From: Aliivibrio fischeri ES114
Lineage (GTDB): Bacteria > Pseudomonadota > Gammaproteobacteria > Enterobacterales > Vibrionaceae
Strand: one strand, 5' to 3'
Length of the DNA: 32,000 nucleotides
Assembly: GCF_000011805.1 (NCBI RefSeq)
Contig: NC_006841.2
Positions 1-7,312 of the stretch are shown piece after piece. Below the pieces are notes generated by a model. The model did no database searches. It saw nothing but the letters and a program-made list of their open reading frames with translations, and was not told where the DNA came from. Within the stretch, counting starts at the first letter, position 1; every line of letters begins with the position of its first letter. The position numbers were made by a program, and so were the translations under genes.

Positions 1-11
1 ACATAACAGCA

Positions 12-251
12 ATGGTACGCTTTAGTTATACCGAAAATAGACAAATTACTATCGAAAAATTCGAAAATATAACTGTAATAGAGTCGATAACGACAAAAGA
101 TTTCGACTTCAAAGATGCTGCCAAAGGAGTTTTATTCCTAGGAGAGCGTATTTCCATCGAAATCGTCAATAAAGACTCTGCTGCCATTTTATACCCAAAA
201 GCTTTCAACAAGCTTGGGCACTTTAATCAATTTACACTTAAGTTAACTTAA
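12..251 (+). CDS. Hypothetical protein (79 aa as tracked). The frame is open to the window edge, so it may be 5'-truncated. Cassette ORF oriented against the array.
   Basis: ORF track. Stop lies 7 nt before attC 258-376. No recognisable motif. Confidence 0.3.
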   Translation: MVRFSYTENRQITIEKFENITVIESITTKDFDFKDAAKGVLFLGERISIEIVNKDSAAILYPKAFNKLGHFNQFTLKLT

Positions 252-257
252 TAGGGC

Positions 258-376
258 TAACGCCTGCATAACACGTTTGCTACCATGCAGATTAAGCTTA
301 AATTTACCACTTAACACGGTAAACTAAAAGAAACCTAGAATGCCGAATGTAGCAAATCGTGTTGATGCATTTGTTA
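258..376 (-). repeat. attC recombination site (VCR-like), subtype A, 119 bp
   Basis: TAACGCCTGCATAACACGTTTGCTAC ... GTAGCAAATCGTGTTGATGCATTTGTTA. The arms pair (ACACGTTTGCTAC with GTAGCAAAtCGTGT), leaving one unpaired T. Confidence 0.9.
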
Positions 377-817
377 TAAGCACATTCTTACACGGTTCAT
401 ATGAACAAATTGAGCATCTTCTGATGTTACTTGGAAACCAAATTTACGATATAAACCGCCTACCCGATTGCCTTGTAAATAACACAATTTCACTGGTTTA
501 TTTTCACTATCAGCAAACTCTAAACATTGGCTCAAAACCTGACTTCCTATTCCTTTTCCGTGAAAGCTTGGTAATAAAAAGAAACGGCAAAAATAAAAAT
601 GCTCACCTTTGTTTTGAAGCAAATAGCTACCTATTGCTTCACCTGACATTTCAATAATGGTTGGTTTTTCTTCATCCCATTCATCTTGATGCATTTCACG
701 TTGGATTTTATCGTCCCAACCAAACACAGCCTTAATTGGCTCAAATTCAGCTGCCTTTTTAAGTTCAAATAAGAACTCAAAATCACTATCTTTCGCTGAA
801 CGCGTAGAAAATTTCAA
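374..817 (-). CDS. GNAT family N-acetyltransferase (147 aa)
   Basis: Acetyl-CoA binding motif A-like HGKGIGSQVL, followed by a C-terminal YRKFGF. The stop codon overlaps the attC end, as is typical for cassettes. Confidence 0.8.
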   Translation of the reverse strand: MKFSTRSAKDSDFEFLFELKKAAEFEPIKAVFGWDDKIQREMHQDEWDEEKPTIIEMSGEAIGSYLLQNKGEHFYFCRFFLLPSFHGKGIGSQVLSQCLEFADSENKPVKLCYLQGNRVGGLYRKFGFQVTSEDAQFVHMNRVRMCL

Positions 818-860
818 ACCTTTACCTCTGGCTCAAATAACCTTAATAAATCGGTGCTTA

Positions 861-961
861 TAACGCCACAATAACACGTGCGAACACCTTACTTTCCAAA
901 CCAATTAAACTTCAAACCACAAACGCCGAGTGTAATTAGCATCGTGTTGATTGCTTTGTTA
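861..961 (-). repeat. attC site, short subtype S, 101 bp
   Basis: TAACGCCACAATAACACGTGCGAAC ... GTAATTAGCATCGTGTTGATTGCTTTGTTA. Confidence 0.88.
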
Positions 962-1417
962 TGCGCGCTTACTTAAGTAAACCCTGACAAACCCAAATTC
1001 TTCGTCCTTTTCTTCCCTATCAATTACCCAAGCATTTTTTAGATAAAACTTAATGGCTTGTTCATTACCTTTGAAAGTTTCAAGGCGATAAGTTTGGTGA
1101 CCTAATAGTGTCATTTTATTTTCAACATGTTTAAGAAGATTAGAACCTAGACCAGAACGCTGAATTTGAGGAGAAACCATTAAGATATGCACGAAGTCAT
1201 TTTCAAATGCACAATAACCTTGAATTTGGTTATTTAATTCAAGTACAACACAGTTTGACAGTTGTTTTTCAATTTCCTTATCTGACTCACCACTGTTAAT
1301 AAACCAATCAACACCCTCATCACCCAAGAAAGAACGATAACAAGTATTAATCGTGTCTCTAGCTAATTCTTGGATCGACGTTAAGTCAGTCCCCTGAGCT
1401 TTTCTAATATTTGCCAT
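959..1417 (-). CDS. GNAT family N-acetyltransferase (152 aa)
   Basis: Motif A-like QRSGLGSNLLKHVE, followed by a C-terminal KFYLKNAW. Single ORF filling the cassette. Confidence 0.8.
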   Translation of the reverse strand: MANIRKAQGTDLTSIQELARDTINTCYRSFLGDEGVDWFINSGESDKEIEKQLSNCVVLELNNQIQGYCAFENDFVHILMVSPQIQRSGLGSNLLKHVENKMTLLGHQTYRLETFKGNEQAIKFYLKNAWVIDREEKDEEFGFVRVYLSKRA

Positions 1418-1440
1418 ATAACCTTTCCTTTTTTAGCACA

Positions 1441-1559
1441 TAACGCCTGCATAACACGTTTACTACTATGCAATTATACTCAATATTGACGCCTTAAAAC
1501 GAGAAACACCCGACAACCTGAGATGCCGAGTGTAGTAAATCGTGTTGATGCATTTGTTA
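1441..1559 (-). repeat. attC site, subtype B, 119 bp
   Basis: TAACGCCTGCATAACACGTTTACTAC ... GTAGTAAATCGTGTTGATGCATTTGTTA. The arm sequences covary relative to subtype A. Confidence 0.9.
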
Positions 1560-1571
1560 ACAAGCAATTAT

Positions 1572-2777
1572 CTACCTAGCTTTATAAGCTATTAAAGCTT
1601 GCTGCAACCAAGAATCTTGTTCCTTGATATTTTTAATCACCCAATTAATGAATTTAGCTGAATACCTGTGAATATCAGTATAATTATGATACTCAGAATT
1701 ATTATTTGCTTTAATTTTATGTTTATAACAGATAGCTTGAAAAGAGTGTTGATTTAATACTACCTTTGATTGCTCTCTATTCATTTGTTCAATAGCAGCC
1801 TTTGTTGTAAAAGGATGCGTTGTATTTAAATCTTTAGCTTGAGTGATAATAACTGCTTGTTGACCATTATCACCAACACTCAGAGTTAAATCGGCCTGAC
1901 TTGGATTTTTTGTTAAAGCTAATTTATAGTCAATTGAGATAGAGTATTTATCTGAGCCAATCTCTTTACTTGTACTTTCAAATTGCTTTAAAAAGTTAGT
2001 AACCTCTACAGCTGTTATATCACCATATGATTCTTTTATGATACCGATTTCAGGATCAGGGCCATCTAACACCAAACTTAACATGCCAACACTCTGGCCA
2101 GCTAAAGGAGAATTCCCCATTTGATTTCGATAACGTTCTTGATAATTTAAAACGTTGGCTTGAAATAATCTTGAAAGTTGAGGCTGTAATTCTGGAATCA
2201 GAAGGTGTGTCGCATGATCTCGTAGCTGTATTAGTGTCTCTATATTTAATTTTACAGGATCATTATTTTGCAACCTCAATGGTAAAGAATCAGATATCGA
2301 AATACTTTTCCCATTTTTATAAAATACTTTCTCCTCACCTAAAGCTTCCAAAATCTCAGCTTTCAAAAATAACTCCCAAGCGTTTACCATCATAATAGTA
2401 AATGCCTAAACCCTATAACATAGACTAGGTCGGTTATACATTTCTAAAGCTAATGTAAATGCATCTAAACTTCTTTTTATCAACTTCTGATACATTTTCT
2501 CATTTGGCGATAATTTACGCGCAGAAGTACTTTGTGACATTAAGCGAATAAATTCATCATTAGAAACTTTAGAAAGTCCTTCTGATACCCATCCTCCATG
2601 TTCAGATTTAAAAATATAGGAACCTTTTAATTTCTCACTTATATATTTCCCAACACTTTTAGGGTTGTAACCTGTTGCTATTGCCGCATCTTGATATGTA
2701 AAGCTTTGCGCTTTATCTTCTTGTTCTCGAAAAAAGTCGAGCAAAAGTATTCTTTTATCTTTTCTAGCCATAATCAA
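1572..2777 (-). pseudogene. DUF3644-like protein gene (about 400 codons) interrupted by one in-frame TAG at 2406-2408
   Basis: ORFs 2406-2777 and 1572-2393 are in the same frame and are separated only by TAG plus 4 sense codons (AFTI). The junction reads ...LEMYNRPSLCYRV*AFTIMMVNAWELFLKAEIL. From memory this matches the conserved N.P..YR.E.F..L..AWE.LLKA core of DUF3644. Confidence 0.6.
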
Positions 2778-2797
2778 TATACCCTACTATTGCTTGT

Positions 2798-2917
2798 TAA
2801 CGCTTGCATAACACGTTTATTACCATGCCAACCAACCTGAATTTTAGCGCCTTAATCACGAAACCCAAGACAAACCCAGAACGCCGAATGTAATAAATCG
2901 TGTTGATGCGATTGTTA
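2798..2917 (-). repeat. attC site, subtype C, 120 bp
   Basis: TAACGCTTGCATAACACGTTTATTAC ... GTAATAAATCGTGTTGATGCGATTGTTA. Confidence 0.9.
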
Positions 2918-2926
2918 AATGAACTC

Positions 2927-3241
2927 TTACTGCAAACCACGGTCATTGAGAACAAATTGGCGTAACTCGCGCTCTTCCCTCATGACATAAAGAATATATA
3001 CAATATCATCGTTGGTTACTTTGTAAAAAATACGGCATGGTGGCAATACAATTTCACGATAATCTAAATGAGGAAGCTCAGGAACACTACGGCCTGATAA
3101 TGGAAAATCCTCTAAACGCTCAACACGATGGAAAACTGATTGAACTAACGCCTTAGCCGCTAAGATATTATTAATAGCGATATATTCTGCAATTTCGTCC
3201 AAATCTAATAATGCTGATTCAGTCCAATTAATTACAGCCAT
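2927..3241 (-). CDS. parE: Type II toxin, ParE/RelE superfamily (104 aa)
   Basis: About 100 aa. N-terminal W..A..DL.EI.EYI, and C-terminal RIFYKV...IVYILYVMREER, typical of ParE (plasmid stabilisation) toxins. Overlaps the upstream antitoxin gene by 10 nt. Confidence 0.8.
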   Translation of the reverse strand: MAVINWTESALLDLDEIAEYIAINNILAAKALVQSVFHRVERLEDFPLSGRSVPELPHLDYREIVLPPCRIFYKVTNDDIVYILYVMREERELRQFVLNDRGLQ

Positions 3242-3486
3242 TTATTCATCTTCTCTTTTGCGGCTTCATGAGAAACTACACGATTATCTGAAATTGCTTT
3301 TTCACCGCGAGCAATACCTTCAAGAATAGCAATTCGTTTTTGCATAAACTCGTAATCATCAACATCTAACAAATAAGCAGACGGTTGACCGTGCTCTGTA
3401 ATTAACACTGGTTCTTTTGAAGCATGAAGCTCAGAAAGAATCTTGGTTGCTTGACGTTTTAATGTAGTGACTAATTCAACTTTCAT
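3232..3486 (-). CDS. Type II antitoxin, Phd/YefM family (84 aa)
   Basis: N-terminus TLKRQATKILSELHASKEPVLITEHGQPSAYLLDVDDYE is the classic Phd/YefM fold signature. Sits upstream of, and overlaps, the toxin gene. Confidence 0.8.
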   Translation of the reverse strand: MKVELVTTLKRQATKILSELHASKEPVLITEHGQPSAYLLDVDDYEFMQKRIAILEGIARGEKAISDNRVVSHEAAKEKMNKWL

Positions 3487-3514
3487 ATTCAGTTTCCATT
3501 ATCGAAAGAACAAA

Positions 3515-3533
3515 GTATCACTATTGTATCACT
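3515..3533 (-). promoter_or_regulatory. Candidate TA promoter/operator: direct repeat GTATCACT (3515-3522 and 3526-3533) overlapping a minus-strand TACAAT -10 box
   Basis: The minus strand reads AGTGATACAATAGTGATAC, about 30 nt upstream of the antitoxin start. Type II TA operons are normally autoregulated at such repeats. Confidence 0.35.
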
Positions 3534-3557
3534 TAATTAGCCATTGAGACAGTTCAT

Positions 3558-3659
3558 TTAACGCTTGCATAACACGTGCTAACGACCAACTTTACCAAAC
3601 CAATTACACTTCAAACCAAAAACGCCGAATGTTATAAGCATCGTGTTGATGCGATTGTT
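3558..3659 (-). repeat. attC site, short subtype S, 102 bp (ends TTGTTG rather than TTGTTA)
   Basis: TAACGCTTGCATAACACGTGCTAAC ... GTTATAAGCATCGTGTTGATGCGATTGTTG. Confidence 0.85.
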
Positions 3660-4118
3660 GTGCGGACTTACTTTCGGCTTAGCTAACTTGGTAAAGAACT
3701 GCTCCACCAAGATTTTCTAAGCCCTGATTTTAATTTAACGATGCCGATTAAGCGAACAAAATGTTCTTAAATTGCGAGATAAAGTAAATGGAAAACAGAT
3801 ACATTTTTTACGCCATTTGAACGACTTGGGTTCAGCTAGTTTGGAACTAAAAAACCAAATATATTAGCCACAACTGGGATTGAAAATATTGCGAGGCAAA
3901 CACTAATGCAGGCTAAAATGAGGCAACACTAAAGAACCATTGAAGCGTAAAATAGCCTCTGAAACGCCTGAATTTAGCCCGACAATGCTTAATTGCCGAA
4001 CCTGATGAAAAGAACACTAAAAGGCAACAAAGAAGAGGATTTGTGATAGCTAAATAGCGTTTAAAAATGTCTCATTTCTATTGAGAAACCGTGCAAAAAT
4101 TTTCGGACTCAGTACGCA
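3660..4118. other. ORF-less integron cassette, paralog family copy 1 of 3 (candidate noncoding RNA or regulatory cassette)
   Basis: No ORF of 60 aa or more in any frame. Alignable by eye to 8962-9422 and 11901-12360. Short ATG frames are not conserved between the copies. Confidence 0.6.
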
Positions 4119-4236
4119 CAACGCCTGCATAACACGTTTGCTACTATGCAGATTAAGCCAAATTTACCACTTAATAAGGTAAACTCAAAGAAACCCAGAA
4201 TGCCGAATGTAGCAAATCGTGTTGATGCATTTGTTA
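4119..4236 (-). repeat. attC site, subtype A, 118 bp (starts CAACGCC)
   Basis: CAACGCCTGCATAACACGTTTGCTAC ... GTAGCAAATCGTGTTGATGCATTTGTTA. Confidence 0.88.
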
Positions 4237-4330
4237 AATGCCACTTACCATTAGATTATTGTTAGCAACCATGGAGCTTTTATTTTACAATGACACTACG
4301 ACTATAGAGTTAACTAAAGGATTGATTATT

Positions 4331-5500
4331 ATGAATTATATAAAAATGAGAGATTTGAGAATTGATGGTGATAATTATTTGATGCAAGTAAAGATTAAGG
4401 ACTATCTAGATATATCTCGCCATATTTTAAAGAAAAATGAGTTTCAAAGACGACGAGTCAGAGCAGCAAAGAGCGTGTACTCTCTACTTAAAGAAGATCT
4501 TATTAAGGGTTGTGTTATCCCGCCAATATCTCTAGCACTAAATAAGACATCGGAAACATTTGAGTCCCAACTTAATGATGGCATATCAGGTGCACTATTA
4601 ACTAATGTGGATAACTTATTAATACTTGATGGATTGCAAAGAACATATTCTTTGATAGACATCGAAAAAGATTTACAAGCAGAGTATGGCTTAGAAAGTT
4701 CTGAGATTGAAAACTTTTACAACCACCAAATTCGATTAGAAATTTATTCCGGGTTAAACAAGATAGGCATTTTATATAGAATGCTAACGCTTAATACGGG
4801 GCAAACACCAATGTCATTAAGACAACAAGTTGAAATGCTATACCTTGATTATGCAGATATTGATATAGATGGTATCGAGATAGTAAAAGAATCGGAAAGT
4901 CGAAGCGCTACACAATACCATCAATATAACTTTAAAGAAATTGTTGAAGGTTTTAATTCTTACATTGAAAGAAACGAATTACCAATTGCTAGACAAGACA
5001 TTTTGGACAACATTAAAGGGCTAGAGAAATTAGCACACGAAAATAGTGGTGAAGATATTTTTAAAGAATACTTGGAATCACTTCACCACTTCATTGATAA
5101 ACTGAACAATTTGACCAATGGTTATGAACTTGATAGTGAATATTACGATATTTCATTCGGTGCCAGTACCACAAAAATATTCAAGAGATCTCAATCATTT
5201 ACTGGTTTTGGTGCTGCAATTGGAAAATTAAAAGACAATGGGAGTGTTTCTGGTCTTTCAGATGTCATACCTTTAATTGATCAGTTAAACTTAAGCGCTG
5301 ATGACTCAGAAGAACTTTTAAGTAAATTGAATGACAATTTTAATTGGATAAAAGATCATTCTAGCAAAATTGGTAACGCGCAAAGAAACTATTTACACTT
5401 TTTCTATAGAGAGTTATTCAATCAAGACAGTGAATCTTACCTAGACCTACTAAAATCAGCGACCACAGCATTTAACCGATATAACAGCCTGTATAACTAG
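4331..5500 (+). CDS. ParB/sulfiredoxin-fold DGQHR-type protein (DUF262/DndB-like), 389 aa; gene A of a two-gene cassette
   Basis: Ordered motifs: EFQRRRV (4442-4450), a hydrophobic IPPISLA segment, LILDGLQRTYS (DGLQR at 4628-4642), then LTLNTGQTPMSLRQQ. The start is moved from the tracked 4238, which abuts the attC, to ATG 4331, which follows AAAGGA. Confidence 0.6.
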   Translation: MNYIKMRDLRIDGDNYLMQVKIKDYLDISRHILKKNEFQRRRVRAAKSVYSLLKEDLIKGCVIPPISLALNKTSETFESQLNDGISGALLTNVDNLLILDGLQRTYSLIDIEKDLQAEYGLESSEIENFYNHQIRLEIYSGLNKIGILYRMLTLNTGQTPMSLRQQVEMLYLDYADIDIDGIEIVKESESRSATQYHQYNFKEIVEGFNSYIERNELPIARQDILDNIKGLEKLAHENSGEDIFKEYLESLHHFIDKLNNLTNGYELDSEYYDISFGASTTKIFKRSQSFTGFGAAIGKLKDNGSVSGLSDVIPLIDQLNLSADDSEELLSKLNDNFNWIKDHSSKIGNAQRNYLHFFYRELFNQDSESYLDLLKSATTAFNRYNSLYN

Positions 5501-5516
5501 TGTAAGGTTTTTATAT

Positions 5517-6542
5517 ATGAATTATGTATCAGGTGAAGGCTATGAAGTTGGAGAGACATTATTTTCAACAGATATAAAGCTTTCCCCTTGCTCTGACTTT
5601 AAAAACTTTACAATATTTAGAGCCTATTGTAGAAAGTTTAATGAAATTGATATAAAGCAAATTAAGATTGATGATGACGATTGTGGTTTTTTGATTCCAT
5701 CATTTAGTTTACTTTCTCAAGATCATGACTACTCTTCTAAAGGAAATTTTCAAGTATTTAGTGATGCTATTATAAAGTGGCACCTTAGCAACTTAGATAC
5801 AGAAAACCTTAAAAGTGAAGTTCCACTAGATAGTTTTTTTAATGAAAACCTCGGTTTTATTGCTATATCCAATCGCAATTATTCCAACTCTAAAGATAAG
5901 GAGCGAAAGATATTCTTTGAGTTGATTAACGCTGGCATTTATGTCGATATTTTACATAAAAGCCCTAGCTTTTATACAGAAAACCCTTTGTTCCCTAATA
6001 AAAATCTACCTAGCACTAAGAGGATTACATTTAAGACGACATCTAATAAGGCGATATTAGATGAGTTTATCTGTGACATTTTCAATTCGATTATTTTTAA
6101 TGAAACTGACCACTTTTTACAATTTTTCTATTTATATCAAGTTGTAGAAACTCTTATTGAATTTGTCATGTCACAGGAATACTCTAAAGTTATGACCAAA
6201 ATTAATGATCTTGGGGGAGGTGTTTCTACTCAACAATTAAAGAAGTTAGTAGAAACATTGAACGAAAGTGTGCAGGAAAGAAAGAGAATTAACAAATTGT
6301 GCAATGAATACACTGACACCTATAATGACAGTTTCAATATTCAACAGAGCCTATTTGATTTCATTAAGCAAAATTTAAACTCTGATTTTGAAGTAAATAA
6401 TGATATCGGATCATGTATTTATGAGATAAGGAACAAGTCTTTTCACGAATTTAGAACGTTACGTAATGCCACAAAATTATCATCAATAACACCGCATGTT
6501 TTCGATTATATTCTGCACTTAATTACTAGCTACAAACATTAA
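5517..6542 (+). CDS. Uncharacterised protein with a C-terminal HEPN-like domain (Rx4H motif), 341 aa; gene B of the two-gene cassette
   Basis: EIRNKSFHE (R305-H310, nt 6429-6446) lies in a predicted all-helical C-terminal third. The first ~190 aa show no motif I recognise. TAAGG SD 9 nt upstream of the start; 16-nt gap after gene A. Confidence 0.5.
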   Translation: MNYVSGEGYEVGETLFSTDIKLSPCSDFKNFTIFRAYCRKFNEIDIKQIKIDDDDCGFLIPSFSLLSQDHDYSSKGNFQVFSDAIIKWHLSNLDTENLKSEVPLDSFFNENLGFIAISNRNYSNSKDKERKIFFELINAGIYVDILHKSPSFYTENPLFPNKNLPSTKRITFKTTSNKAILDEFICDIFNSIIFNETDHFLQFFYLYQVVETLIEFVMSQEYSKVMTKINDLGGGVSTQQLKKLVETLNESVQERKRINKLCNEYTDTYNDSFNIQQSLFDFIKQNLNSDFEVNNDIGSCIYEIRNKSFHEFRTLRNATKLSSITPHVFDYILHLITSYKH

Positions 6543-6547
6543 AAACT

Positions 6548-6579
6548 AAATGCCACATTATCGAAAATATGTGGCATTT
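6548..6579 (+). terminator. Hairpin after gene B (11-bp perfect stem AAATGCCACAT / ATGTGGCATTT, 10-nt loop)
   Basis: Begins 6 nt after the stop codon. The stem ends in TTT but no long T-run follows, because it abuts the attC. Confidence 0.4.
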
Positions 6580-6699
6580 AACGCCTGCATAACACGTTTA
6601 TTACTATGACGACTTAGCAGAATTTTACTGCCTTAAACATCAAACTCAAAGACAAACCTACAATGCCGAATGTAATAAATCGTGTTGATTGCTTTGTTA
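6579..6699 (-). repeat. attC site, subtype C, 121 bp
   Basis: TAACGCCTGCATAACACGTTTATTAC ... GTAATAAATCGTGTTGATTGCTTTGTTA. Confidence 0.9.
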
Positions 6700-6707
6700 A
6701 ATGCGAT

Positions 6708-7160
6708 TTAAAGTAATCTACAAACTAACCGCAACATATCTTTATGCTGAATACCATTTTCATAGATGTCTTCATCATAATTATCGAGAAAGAAATCTTT
6801 TACGATTGAGTCAACTCGAAACCCATGCCGTTGATAAAACGACAATTGATAGCCAAAAGTTCCCGTTCCTAGCTCTACGTTACTGTAGCCATTCAAAGCT
6901 AATTCGTTTAATACAAATTTGAGGAGATTTGAGCCAATACCTTTTTGCTGATATTCCGGAGCTATCGCAATATTGTAGATTTCGGCCACAGAAGAACTAA
7001 GCTGCTTACTAATACAAATACCGACTATTTCATGATTTTTAAAAGCACCGAAACAGTCAGAACCATTCAGATACTTATTAATGCATTCTTGAGATGGATC
7101 TGCTTCAAGTAATAATTTCATTGGGGCTAAATCTGATGATATTTTTTTAAACTCAATCAA
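6708..7160 (-). CDS. GNAT family N-acetyltransferase (150 aa)
   Basis: Motif A-like QQKGIGSNLLKFVL, followed by a C-terminal FYQRHGF. Confidence 0.8.
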   Translation of the reverse strand: MIEFKKISSDLAPMKLLLEADPSQECINKYLNGSDCFGAFKNHEIVGICISKQLSSSVAEIYNIAIAPEYQQKGIGSNLLKFVLNELALNGYSNVELGTGTFGYQLSFYQRHGFRVDSIVKDFFLDNYDEDIYENGIQHKDMLRLVCRLL

Positions 7161-7191
7161 ACCATTTTCCTCTCAAAGTCTTTGAAGCATT

Positions 7192-7312
7192 TAACGCCTG
7201 CATAACACGTTTGCTACTATGCAGACCTAGCTGAATTTTACTGCCTTAATCACTGAAACTAAAGGCAAACCGACAACGCCGAATGTAGCAAATCGTGTTT
7301 ATGCATTTGTTA
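7192..7312 (-). repeat. attC site, subtype A2 (A-type arms, C-like centre), 121 bp
   Basis: TAACGCCTGCATAACACGTTTGCTAC ... GTAGCAAATCGTGTTTATGCATTTGTTA. Confidence 0.9.

Noticed and set aside
340-657. ORFs beginning MP(N/S)VANRVDAFV... (340-657, 12920-13258, 14236-14523, and also 13482-13670, 13002-13208, 10745-10933, 6701-6922), which look like a repeated gene family
   Set aside because: The shared N-termini are just translations of the conserved attC repeat (ATGCCGAATGTAGCAAATCGTGTTGATGCATTTGTT). The ORFs then run antisense through real minus-strand cassette genes. They are artefacts of the repeat.
4238-4330. N-terminal 31-codon extension of gene A in the ORF track (MPLTIRLLLATMELLFYNDTTTIELTKGLII)
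   Set aside because: The ATG at 4238 abuts the attC end and has no SD. ATG 4331 follows AAAGGA, and the extension would overlap the only space available for the cassette's own promoter.
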